From the IMG/VR virus record IMGVR_UViG_3300007511_000006: 63,905 nucleotides of DNA. One strand, 5' to 3'. Position 1 is the first letter of the stretch; each line of letters begins with the position of its first letter. The stretch is from an uncultured virus (IMG/VR IMGVR_UViG_3300007511_000006). Taxonomy: Duplodnaviria; Heunggongvirae; Uroviricota; Caudoviricetes. This document shows, piece after piece, positions 18,561 through 26,835 of this stretch. The notes beneath the pieces were generated by a model. The model was not told where the DNA came from. It saw only the letters and a program-made list of their open reading frames with translations, and did not search any database. Both the position numbers and the translations under genes were made by a program.

Positions 18561-19581
18561 AATATGCTGGGCCAGGACCTAACTGTTTTAATATCTTTTT
18601 ATCCTCATCGCTCAGCGGCGAGTTTACAGTATTATAATAACATACCTTAGGTATTTGGTCAAGATAAATGTTGAATGTTTTTTCATTAACCATTCTTGTA
18701 ACAAATATTAACTGCGGGTTTACTTCGCTTTCTATTAATTCTTGAACGTTATGAGCGTAATAAACTAAGCAGTCTTTTTTACACACTCTTTCTGCTTTGC
18801 CTATAGCATCATCCTTAATAAACTGCTTTATTACTTTAACCACCATCGGTTCAAACTGTGTATCTATCATTACTTGTTGTTTAGTTACGGCCCTCACTTC
18901 ACTGTTTTGTTTAGCAATGCCTGCGTCTACCTTTGGACCAAATAATAAACGCTCTGGTGAATAAAATACTATTGGAAGTCTATTGTATTTCAAAGCATAC
19001 AAAATCATATGCTTTAGTTTCTTTTCCTTGTCTTTTACTGAGCCTGTTAACGACACACGAGTATTGGATGCCATAATATGCTCTACAGAATCGTTAAGCA
19101 ATAGTTTTATTTTATTACTTAAACCATAACCAAGTTCTGCAGACTTGTCTATTAAATCCCAAAGATCAATTATTTCTTTTTTTTCTAAATAATCTAACAA
19201 TGCCTGTGATGCGTTTTTAATATACGGTTTAAAACTATTATCAACACAAAGTTCAACTCTGTATTCATCTTCAGACTGCTTTATTTCGTTTATAGTATCT
19301 AAATATTCTTGTATTTCGTTGCTGTATTCTACTTCGGTAATCTCAAGGCTTTGTAAAAAGTCTTGTATAAAAGTAAAATTAATCTCTGCTAAACTAAAAG
19401 CCCAAGCTTTACGCTCTACATCCCAAGTCAAGTCTGTATTGCTTTGCTTACCGTGTGCGAATAGTCTGCGTGGTATATCTGAAGTGCTAAATCTTTCAGT
19501 AATGTCTAATCCCGTCATTGAAAACGGAAGTTTTAGATAAATCTTTTTGTCGTCTATATAAACTTTGACAGGTTTATTCAT
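18547..19581 (-). CDS. Hypothetical protein
   Basis: 344-aa ORF overlapping the uvsW start. Confidence 0.65.
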   Translation of the reverse strand: MNKPVKVYIDDKKIYLKLPFSMTGLDITERFSTSDIPRRLFAHGKQSNTDLTWDVERKAWAFSLAEINFTFIQDFLQSLEITEVEYSNEIQEYLDTINEIKQSEDEYRVELCVDNSFKPYIKNASQALLDYLEKKEIIDLWDLIDKSAELGYGLSNKIKLLLNDSVEHIMASNTRVSLTGSVKDKEKKLKHMILYALKYNRLPIVFYSPERLLFGPKVDAGIAKQNSEVRAVTKQQVMIDTQFEPMVVKVIKQFIKDDAIGKAERVCKKDCLVYYAHNVQELIESEVNPQLIFVTRMVNEKTFNIYLDQIPKVCYYNTVNSPLSDEDKKILKQLGPGPAYYAKV

Positions 19582-19583
19582 AA

Positions 19584-19614
19584 TAAAAAGAAAGGGGAGA
19601 CACTAGGCCTCCCC
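19584..19614 (-). terminator. Intrinsic terminator of the early ATPase operon
   Basis: GGGGAGGC-CTAGT-GTCTCCCC-TTTCTTTTT. Confidence 0.75.
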
Positions 19615-19622
19615 AAGTGTAT

Positions 19623-19659
19623 TAGATACTTATCGCCGGAGCGAGGCAATAAGTATCTA
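19623..19659 (-). promoter_or_regulatory. 15-bp RNA hairpin with anti-Shine-Dalgarno loop UCGCUCC
   Basis: TAGATACTTATTGCC-TCGCTCC-GGCGATAAGTATCTA on the minus strand (one G-U pair). Confidence 0.6.
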
Positions 19660-19671
19660 TTTTGGCGGGTG

Positions 19672-20736
19672 TTAACGAAGTATGCTAACCTCCGCCATAC
19701 GTCTCCAATTATCTTTGGAGATTTTACGCAAGTCACCAATCTTGAGAGCAGTACGAAGTGACATTTCTCGAACTCGGTCTTTGTTCTTTTCCATGTAGTC
19801 AAGAACCTCGTCTTGCGTTTGTTTATTAAACTTGTATCCGTTGAACAATTCACCGCTTTTGGCAATCTGTTTGATACGCAGGATCTTGTCACGCATTGTG
19901 TCCAACGTAAGGTCCAAGTAGTGGCAACGTGACTGGAGTGCTTCCAAGTGGTCCTGTACTTTCTTAGAGCGTATATTCTCAAACTTCACGTTAGTGATGA
20001 AGATTGCTGACCCGCGGAAGTCAAACGAATTAGGAATGCCTTCTGCACGGAGTTTGACACTGTCAGCATTCCAATGGATTCGGCGTCTCTTACCCGAGTC
20101 CAATGCCGCTTTCAGTATGTTGAGTGACAAGTCATCAAACAATACAGTGTCGCAGTCATCAAACACCAACACGTTGCCTGGATCGCTGTACTCATACAGT
20201 TTCGCGTACAGTCCAAGAGCAGTCATCGCACCTTTTACAACATCGTATCGTGTACGAGTGCCTTTGATTTTGTCGAACAGTGAGGCCTTTTCCAGGGTGG
20301 TCTCTACACCGTAGGACTTACCAACTCCAGGAGGGCCTGTGACAATCATTGCACGGACATCACCATTGATAGTCGCTTCAGTCATTTCGTTGAGGATGCT
20401 GAAACGCTCTTCAATGCGGTTCATGACCTCTTCGTCAGTTTCTTCGACCTTCTCTACAACGGGACTTTTAGACGAGGTATTTCCTGCAGCCATTTTCTTT
20501 GCATATTCCTCGGCTTCACTCTCGCCCACCATTTCAATATGTAGTGGAGACTCAACCTGGATTGCGAATGTATACTGCGGGAATCCCAGCATATCAGTTC
20601 CGTCTACGGTAATCTTGCCGCCGCCTTTAGTAGACGGACGATAATTTTTGACCAGTGGGAAAATGACATTTTCCACATCCTTAGTGGGAGAGTCTTTACG
20701 GTTGATGATGCCTTTGAGGACTTTAATGTGTGACAT
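19672..20736 (-). CDS. P-loop (AAA-like) ATPase, early gene
   Basis: GPPGVGKS, VLVFDDCD, FITN, ALQSR; start MSHIKV with AAGGAG RBS; visibly GC-richer codons. Confidence 0.8.
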   Translation of the reverse strand: MSHIKVLKGIINRKDSPTKDVENVIFPLVKNYRPSTKGGGKITVDGTDMLGFPQYTFAIQVESPLHIEMVGESEAEEYAKKMAAGNTSSKSPVVEKVEETDEEVMNRIEERFSILNEMTEATINGDVRAMIVTGPPGVGKSYGVETTLEKASLFDKIKGTRTRYDVVKGAMTALGLYAKLYEYSDPGNVLVFDDCDTVLFDDLSLNILKAALDSGKRRRIHWNADSVKLRAEGIPNSFDFRGSAIFITNVKFENIRSKKVQDHLEALQSRCHYLDLTLDTMRDKILRIKQIAKSGELFNGYKFNKQTQDEVLDYMEKNKDRVREMSLRTALKIGDLRKISKDNWRRMAEVSILR

Positions 20737-20761
20737 AATTCGCTCCTTATATGTCAGTGGA

Positions 20762-21007
20762 TTAAACTTGGCGGGGGACGTCATATCGTCCCTGCATGGT
20801 GAAGGTGCCGAGGCGCGTGGCATTGCCAGTTGCGGGCCAATGTACTTCGCCCTTGAACGCCTGCACTCTCAACGGAGTATCGAAGCCACTGGTTTTGGGA
20901 TTGGCATTAAACTGCCCAACAGCACCCACCAGCGTGTCGTCGTAAACACAAGTCTCACGCTGAGATCCAGCAATGTTTCGAAAGTTGATTACAAAAGTAT
21001 TACGCAT
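20762..21007 (-). CDS. Small early hypothetical protein
   Basis: 81 aa, AAGGAG RBS. Confidence 0.65.
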   Translation of the reverse strand: MRNTFVINFRNIAGSQRETCVYDDTLVGAVGQFNANPKTSGFDTPLRVQAFKGEVHWPATGNATRLGTFTMQGRYDVPRQV

Positions 21008-21184
21008 CTATCGCTCCTTGTTAGTTGGGTCTGACAAGAAATCATTTATCGCTTCGACAAACATATTCATTACTTCTTGTCTCCAAAGACTAGTATATCC
21101 TATGCCGATAGCATTTCCTACTGACTTTATTTCTTCATCATTGTAAGACTCAAGAAGTTTGTTTACAATTTCTGTTCTAGTCAT
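21008..21184 (-). CDS. Small early hypothetical protein
   Basis: AAGGAGA RBS before GTG-ATG (MTRTEIV); first gene after the promoter. Confidence 0.6.
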   Translation of the reverse strand: MTRTEIVNKLLESYNDEEIKSVGNAIGIGYTSLWRQEVMNMFVEAINDFLSDPTNKER

Positions 21185-21218
21185 CACGTTTCTCCTTGTT
21201 TCTTTAGCGTATATATAC

Positions 21219-21246
21219 ATTATACTGATTTTGTCAGATCTGTCAC
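21219..21246 (-). promoter_or_regulatory. sigma70-type early promoter
   Basis: GTGACA-N16-TATAAT with an upstream A-tract. Confidence 0.6.
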
Positions 21247-21260
21247 TTTTTTTTGTACTC

Positions 21261-21355
21261 TAAGTGCTTGATTTTATTGAAGAATCAACTATTTTTGATA
21301 TTTTGGTAAGTGTTTGAAATCATTGAAGAAAAAAGCCAATAAAATCAATGACTTA
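21261..21355. repeat. Three copies of a TAAGTnnTTGA-based motif (two direct, one inverted)
   Basis: TAAGTGCTTGATTTTATTGAAGAA 21261-21284; TAAGTGTTTGAAATCATTGAAGAA 21307-21330; inverted CAATAAAATCAATGACTTA 21337-21355. Confidence 0.8.
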
Positions 21356-21362
21356 CTAATTG

Positions 21363-22232
21363 CTACTTTTTCTTAGTTTTCTTAGTAGTCTTTTTCTTGG
21401 ATTTTTTAGTGGTTTTTGGAGATTTCCACTTATCTGTAACTTTGCGGATTTTAGTCAAATTATCTATTTTGATGTCAATTTCTTTAGGGTGGGCAAAAAC
21501 GTTGATTACAGCACCTGTGGGATCTACAAAAATACACTCAGAATTTTCAAAGTAATTATCTGGATTAAAATCCGGAGAGGGAAGCCAATAACAGTCATAA
21601 TCCATATCTTTAAAAGTTTGTAGCAATTCTTTTTGGTTTTCTTGGCATTCTGCAATAACAAATGGTCTATGAGTTGAGAATAGCCTTGTACCAGTATGTA
21701 GAACATCTGATTCATTACCTTCTACATCTACTTTAACCAAATTACAATAATCGAGACCAATATCATCTAAATTAAACACCGCGCAACGTTCTACATCATT
21801 GCCTGTATCATTGTCAGATGTTTTTAATGCGCCATGATTCATTTCGTCATCTACTCTATTCAATGGCAAGTATAATGGCCGTTTTGTTCCCACTGCTCCT
21901 TTGACTGGCGTTACGTTAAATGCACTATTAATAGTCAGATTAGTCATTAAGAAAAAATAATTTAAATGGCTTGGTTCAAAAGCATATACTTCTCCTTCCT
22001 TGCCTACTATTCTAGAATAAAACACAGAATGTAATCCTATATTAGCCCCTACATCAATAACTTTAGCACCTGGTCGTAATAATTGTGATGCCAATGCTAG
22101 TTCTGCCTCTGCATATTCACCGTATAAATCTAAACTACGACCGACAATTGTGTCTTTGATATTATATGCAAAATCTCCGTGCTTACACGGCTTAACTCTA
22201 ACATTTTCACATTGTAGTATAGGAAAACCCAT
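21363..22232 (-). CDS. FkbM-family methyltransferase
   Basis: IDVGANIG, AFEP, KVDVEGNE; Lys-rich tail. Confidence 0.9.
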   Translation of the reverse strand: MGFPILQCENVRVKPCKHGDFAYNIKDTIVGRSLDLYGEYAEAELALASQLLRPGAKVIDVGANIGLHSVFYSRIVGKEGEVYAFEPSHLNYFFLMTNLTINSAFNVTPVKGAVGTKRPLYLPLNRVDDEMNHGALKTSDNDTGNDVERCAVFNLDDIGLDYCNLVKVDVEGNESDVLHTGTRLFSTHRPFVIAECQENQKELLQTFKDMDYDCYWLPSPDFNPDNYFENSECIFVDPTGAVINVFAHPKEIDIKIDNLTKIRKVTDKWKSPKTTKKSKKKTTKKTKKK

Positions 22233-22987
22233 TACACTCTACTTCCATAATCAGTAATTGAGCCATTCATCCACGTTAGCATTAACGCAGACTCGTCAAA
22301 ATAACCTTTTGCTTTTATCATATCATCCGTACTTTCAGGCAAGACTTCTCTTTCCATAAGATCTACTGGTCCTAAATCCATTGGATCATCTAGTTCTTCC
22401 CAATCTTGTTTGGGTTTAACAATACCGTAAATATTACGATCATTAAAATTTTTAAGAAAATATCCCTTTCTACAATCCCAGCCTGTTATTGCTAACTGAT
22501 TTATAAATGTAGGTAAGGTATAAAAGTTTCTATCATATCTTCCAAATTTAGTTTTTAGTCTACCAAACTCTGTATCTAATGTTTGTGGAACAGTTATAAA
22601 CAGTAATGAAAAAGGAGTAAGTACTCTACGCATTTCTAATAACCCTTGTATAGGGTCTTTCAATTGTTGTAATGTATAGTGACACCAACCAATATTAAAT
22701 TCATCGTCTTTGTATGGCATATTTAAAATATCGCCACAAGTAAAGTCAAATTTATCAGTTTCCCTATCAATTAAATCAATACCAGAAACTTTTGTGTGAT
22801 TAGCGTATGGTGCAGATTCTTCATATGATGCTTGGTTACACCACCATTCTGTATTAGATCCATCCCCACAGCCAAAATCACATACATGCAACATGTTCTC
22901 AAACAATTGTTTAGAAACTACTTTGAAAACTTCTTGGGCTGATTTTCTTTGTTCGACTAAATCACCATATATAAGTGTTTTATTCAT
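22232..22987 (-). CDS. Class I SAM-dependent methyltransferase
   Basis: CDFGCGDG, GDILNMPY, LLEMRRVL. Confidence 0.85.
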   Translation of the reverse strand: MNKTLIYGDLVEQRKSAQEVFKVVSKQLFENMLHVCDFGCGDGSNTEWWCNQASYEESAPYANHTKVSGIDLIDRETDKFDFTCGDILNMPYKDDEFNIGWCHYTLQQLKDPIQGLLEMRRVLTPFSLLFITVPQTLDTEFGRLKTKFGRYDRNFYTLPTFINQLAITGWDCRKGYFLKNFNDRNIYGIVKPKQDWEELDDPMDLGPVDLMEREVLPESTDDMIKAKGYFDESALMLTWMNGSITDYGSRV

Positions 22988-23439
22988 TATACTGTAACAT
23001 CCTCCATACCTGCTGTGCGAAGTCTTATTACATTACTTACCTGAAATTGCTTAACATCAAGTCCTTTAATAACTCCTAACCATTTGTTGCGAACCAATGC
23101 AACTTCATTAATAACAGTTTCTAGATCAACCACTTCATCTTCGCCGTCTACATATTTTTCAGCGTCACGAGCACTCAAGGCTCTATTATAACTTTCTAAG
23201 TATTTTTTAAAGTGTTTACGTCTAAGTTTGCGTAGTTGAATATTAAGATGTTGCAGGATTGCTTCTAACTCTTGAAGTTGATTAAAGCGATGCTCTACAA
23301 TACCTGGTAACGCTGTTGCATTTTTTTCTAAGACGCCAGAAATTTTGACGTCTTTTTTAGCACCAGTTAATTCGTTCTCGAAATATTCTAGAGCATCCGG
23401 TATATTACCCATGTCTTGGACAATTTTATTATACCACAC
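22987..23439 (-). CDS. uvsY: UvsY-like recombination mediator
   Basis: Helical 150 aa, EKYVDGED, IRLRTAG; next to uvsX. Confidence 0.75.
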   Translation of the reverse strand: MWYNKIVQDMGNIPDALEYFENELTGAKKDVKISGVLEKNATALPGIVEHRFNQLQELEAILQHLNIQLRKLRRKHFKKYLESYNRALSARDAEKYVDGEDEVVDLETVINEVALVRNKWLGVIKGLDVKQFQVSNVIRLRTAGMEDVTV

Positions 23440-23445
23440 TATAAG

Positions 23446-23673
23446 TCACCACTCTGTGTCCTCGTCATAATCTTCATCTTCGTAATCTTCTTCATCTAAA
23501 TCATTTAAAAGTTGTGCAATAGTTGGACAGTTGTTTGCTAATTCATCTATTACTTCAGACATATCTTCATCAGTTAGATAGTTTACTAGTTGTTCTGCGG
23601 CAAGTGGTAACTCTTTTTTCGGAATGTATGCTTTCAACATTTCCCATGTATGAACTAAAACAATTTTATCCAC
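23446..23673 (-). CDS. Small acidic hypothetical protein
   Basis: 75 aa, GAGGA RBS before GTG, Asp/Glu tail. Confidence 0.6.
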   Translation of the reverse strand: MDKIVLVHTWEMLKAYIPKKELPLAAEQLVNYLTDEDMSEVIDELANNCPTIAQLLNDLDEEDYEDEDYDEDTEW

Positions 23674-23703
23674 AAATATTCCTCAAGTTAAAGTTAAGGA
23701 TAT

Positions 23704-24774
23704 TTATGCTTCTGTTTCAGTTTCTTCAAATTCTACATCGGGGTCTGATTCTACATTTTCGCCAATACCACCTGACATTACATCACGCATAACGCGATCT
23801 AATTTCTCGCCAGTCCATCCTTTTCTAAACTCTAGAATTTCAGTACCATCTTTACATGTATAACCAAGTCTATTGCCGGTTTTCTTAACCCAGCCTTGTG
23901 CTTCAAACATTTCTATCAAGCCACTATAAGGATCCATGCCTGTTTCATAAGGAATTTTAACTTGAACACCTTCAAATGGTTTGGCATAGCGTGTTTTCAT
24001 TACCTTACAACCTGCCCTAATACCATAGACTTGTGATGTTTTGTTGCCATCTGCATCTTCTTTAAGTTTTAACTTTTTCATAGCAATAACGATAGAACTT
24101 GCGTAGATAAAGCCTTGACCCCCTGAAATCTTATCATCTGGATCAAACATATCTTGAGATGCATAAGTGTGGTTTGTTGCTACTAATCCTACATTGTGTC
24201 CGCCAAACATATTAACGCAATTGCGAACAAGTGCGGTTAATGCTTTAGGTTTGCGGCCCATATCACCTTTTAGATCACCTTTATCAAATTGATCTACGTC
24301 TGTGGGAGTAAGTAACATACCTAAAGAGTCAATAACAAAAAGAACTTTAGGGCGTTCTTCCTCTTCCATTGTCTTGTAGTCTTTCATAAAGACGCTGATA
24401 GTTTTAGCAACGTCATCAATCATACTCATAGACAAGCGAAGTAGTTTTTCTTCGCTAGTATCAACACCTAGTCTTTCTAACCACTCCTTATCTAGAGCAG
24501 ATTCAGAGTCGATCAAAACTACAAAAATATCTTGTTTTTGTGCTTCTTTAACGATATTCCCAGAAGCAATATAAGATTTGCCTGAGCCTGATTCTCCTGC
24601 TAATACAGTGACTCTTCCTAATGGAATGCCTTTGTAAAAGTCTCCACTGACAAGATAGTTTAAACAATAATTACCTACAGAAATCCAATCGGTAGGATCG
24701 CTAAAGCCTACTGACAAGCCGTCAATAGACTTTGTAATATCTTTTCTAAATTTTGCCACGTCAAACGGTCTCAT
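23704..24774 (-). CDS. uvsX: UvsX/RecA-like recombinase
   Basis: AGESGSGKS, IDSE, VIDSLGML, TNHTY, SGGQG. Confidence 0.93.
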   Translation of the reverse strand: MRPFDVAKFRKDITKSIDGLSVGFSDPTDWISVGNYCLNYLVSGDFYKGIPLGRVTVLAGESGSGKSYIASGNIVKEAQKQDIFVVLIDSESALDKEWLERLGVDTSEEKLLRLSMSMIDDVAKTISVFMKDYKTMEEEERPKVLFVIDSLGMLLTPTDVDQFDKGDLKGDMGRKPKALTALVRNCVNMFGGHNVGLVATNHTYASQDMFDPDDKISGGQGFIYASSIVIAMKKLKLKEDADGNKTSQVYGIRAGCKVMKTRYAKPFEGVQVKIPYETGMDPYSGLIEMFEAQGWVKKTGNRLGYTCKDGTEILEFRKGWTGEKLDRVMRDVMSGGIGENVESDPDVEFEETETEA

Positions 24775-24920
24775 TTCTTCCTCCCGTTTTCGCCATATCT
24801 TTTTCTACGTGTCTCCCAACCTTTTGATGCATTTTTTCTTTGTATTTCTTTACGCCATTCAGGCATGGGTCCCCTTGGGCCTCGCATCTTTTCTTTTGTT
24901 TCATTAGTATGTTTCCATCC
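24771..24920 (-). pseudogene. Remnant of a homing-endonuclease C-terminus (NUMOD3-like)
   Basis: Open frame GWKHTNETKEKMR...KGWETRRKRYGENGRKK, preceded directly by TAA; stop overlaps the uvsX ATG. Confidence 0.55.
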
Positions 24921-24940
24921 TTATAATTTTCCTCTAATAG

Positions 24941-24972
24941 AATAAAGACGGGGCGAGCGTTAACCCGCCCCT
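24941..24972 (-). terminator. Probable intrinsic terminator after gp32
   Basis: GGGGCGGG-TTAACG-CTCGCCCC-GTCTTTATT. Confidence 0.65.
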
Positions 24973-24983
24973 ATTACTTTATA

Positions 24984-25928
24984 TTACTGGCCCTGTCTAG
25001 CACGGATAGTTGCTAAAATATCCTCTGCTTTGGAACCACCACTACTCTGCGGAGTTTCGGAGACTACCGATTCTTGTTTTTCTTCCTTAGGTTCAGAAGC
25101 GGTAGTGGTTGCTTTTGAATCGTTGGAAGTTGTTTCTGGTTTGTACATACCTGCTGGACGGAAATATTGTCCATAAAGATCTGGATCATACTGCTTTCCG
25201 TCTACAGATGCTTCAAACATATCTTTAATAACATTGACCGCCGTTTCATCCGGTTTGTTAGGAAGGAAACTGCTAAGATCAAACAAGCCATATTGTGAGA
25301 TTGCATCCATTTCTTCTTTGTCAAGAGCACGTTCGCGTCTTGCCCAAGTAGATGTTGAATAATCAGCATATCCACCTTTAGTTGTTTTTGTCAAACGGAA
25401 GTCCAATCCATTTGTATAATCAGTTGGAAGTTCCTCCAGTTCAGGATCCATCAATGCCGCTTTAAGTAATTGGAAAATTTGTGGTCCAATAATAAAACGA
25501 CGAATTGGATTTTCCGGAACAGTATCCTCAGCAAGTGGACTATCCAATACAAATCCTTGGAAAATGTAAGAACGCTTTTTCCAGTACTTACGACCCATAT
25601 CTTCTAGTGCTGGGTCCTTAAACCAAGTGCGAACCTCGGTCAAAACTGGACAAGTTTCGTTCCACATTTCCATACACGGAACCTGTACGAAAGTATTCTT
25701 AGAATCACTATCGCCTTTAATTCCGCTAAATGGAAGTCTAATCATAAGTCTTTCTACCCAGAAAAACGGATTACTTTCATTACCGTCGGGTAAAAACCTT
25801 AGTACTGCTGTGGATTGTTCTGGAATATTCCAGAAAGGATAAATGGCGTTGTCGCCAATAAATGAAGAACCGCTACCTTTGTTTTCTTGAGCCTGTAGCT
25901 TAGCTCGTATATCTGCTAATGATGCCAT
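24984..25928 (-). CDS. gp32: Single-stranded DNA-binding protein (T4 gp32-like)
   Basis: LRFLP, CPV, YWKKRSY, GYADYSTS; acidic/polar tail. Confidence 0.9.
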   Translation of the reverse strand: MASLADIRAKLQAQENKGSGSSFIGDNAIYPFWNIPEQSTAVLRFLPDGNESNPFFWVERLMIRLPFSGIKGDSDSKNTFVQVPCMEMWNETCPVLTEVRTWFKDPALEDMGRKYWKKRSYIFQGFVLDSPLAEDTVPENPIRRFIIGPQIFQLLKAALMDPELEELPTDYTNGLDFRLTKTTKGGYADYSTSTWARRERALDKEEMDAISQYGLFDLSSFLPNKPDETAVNVIKDMFEASVDGKQYDPDLYGQYFRPAGMYKPETTSNDSKATTTASEPKEEKQESVVSETPQSSGGSKAEDILATIRARQGQ

Positions 25929-25982
25929 AATAATTTGCCTCTTGTTGTTTGCCTAAATTTGTGCCTAAAACACATACTATAT

Positions 25983-26011
25983 AGTATATGATAAAGTATT
26001 TAGTTTGTCAA
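25983..26011 (-). promoter_or_regulatory. sigma70 promoter of gp32 with an embedded late TAAATA
   Basis: TTGACA-N17-TATACT; the spacer contains CTAAATA. Confidence 0.8.
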
Positions 26012-26033
26012 GTAAAAAAGAGGGATTTTATGG

Positions 26034-26834
26034 TTAACCTGATAGTCCCAGGGCATCATTCGGATTCGCAAGGAGTTCTTTGGCTTTTTCTACTTCGGAT
26101 TTTCTTTTACTTTTTGTACTAGTGGAGTCACTGCCTGAGTTGTTTTTATCTTGATACCAATTATAGATATCCCAAACATCCCAACCTAATGCAGCCGCGT
26201 TAGTTGCCCAGGAGAGAAATCCGCCACCAAGTAATGTTGCGGCCGCGTGCCTTGCGGCTATTTTTGATGCGATATTGGCTGCTTTCTTTTTTGCTGGTTT
26301 GACCTTTTCAGGATCGAATTTATTGTCAGGATATTTCTTGTTCCAGTCTTTAACGTTATCATCAACGTTGGCTTGGGCTCGCTTCGCAGCATCGGCCTGG
26401 GCGGCAGTTATACTGCCTCTTGTTCGTAGCTTGTTTGATTTAGCATTCTGTCCAACTTCAGATCCTATGGCTTTTGCATTAAGTTTTGCTTTTTTTAATA
26501 CCCCGCGCTTGGTTCTCGGAGTCGTTTTGTTTACCAATTGGGCTCTTTTCTGATTCAATGCATGGCCCGCCGCTCGGCGCATTTTATTTGCAGCTCTATA
26601 AGCCAACACGGCACTAGTGGCCGCCGGCATGCCCCCTGGCACATTGGCAAGGATGCCTGACTCATCTTCTCCTTCTCCTTCTCCTGACCTTTTTTCTGGG
26701 TGAAGATGAAATGGATTTGTTTCTACTAATATGAATGATTCAAAAACATAATCGCCTATATCTTCAGGCGTGAGTTTATTAAGAACTTCTAACATTTTTG
26801 TATCATTATCATTAAAAAGTTCTTCTAAAAGCAT
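26034..26834 (-). CDS. Hypothetical Ala/Lys-rich protein (possible internal/ejected protein)
   Basis: 266 aa; acidic N-terminus MLLEELF, basic middle, hydrophobic segment near the C-terminus. Confidence 0.55.
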   Translation of the reverse strand: MLLEELFNDNDTKMLEVLNKLTPEDIGDYVFESFILVETNPFHLHPEKRSGEGEGEDESGILANVPGGMPAATSAVLAYRAANKMRRAAGHALNQKRAQLVNKTTPRTKRGVLKKAKLNAKAIGSEVGQNAKSNKLRTRGSITAAQADAAKRAQANVDDNVKDWNKKYPDNKFDPEKVKPAKKKAANIASKIAARHAAATLLGGGFLSWATNAAALGWDVWDIYNWYQDKNNSGSDSTSTKSKRKSEVEKAKELLANPNDALGLSG

Positions 26835-26835
26835 T

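Noticed and set aside
19578..19982. 134-aa ORF overlapping the ATPase 3' end
   Set aside because: Alternate frame running through the hairpin and terminator; no RBS or motifs
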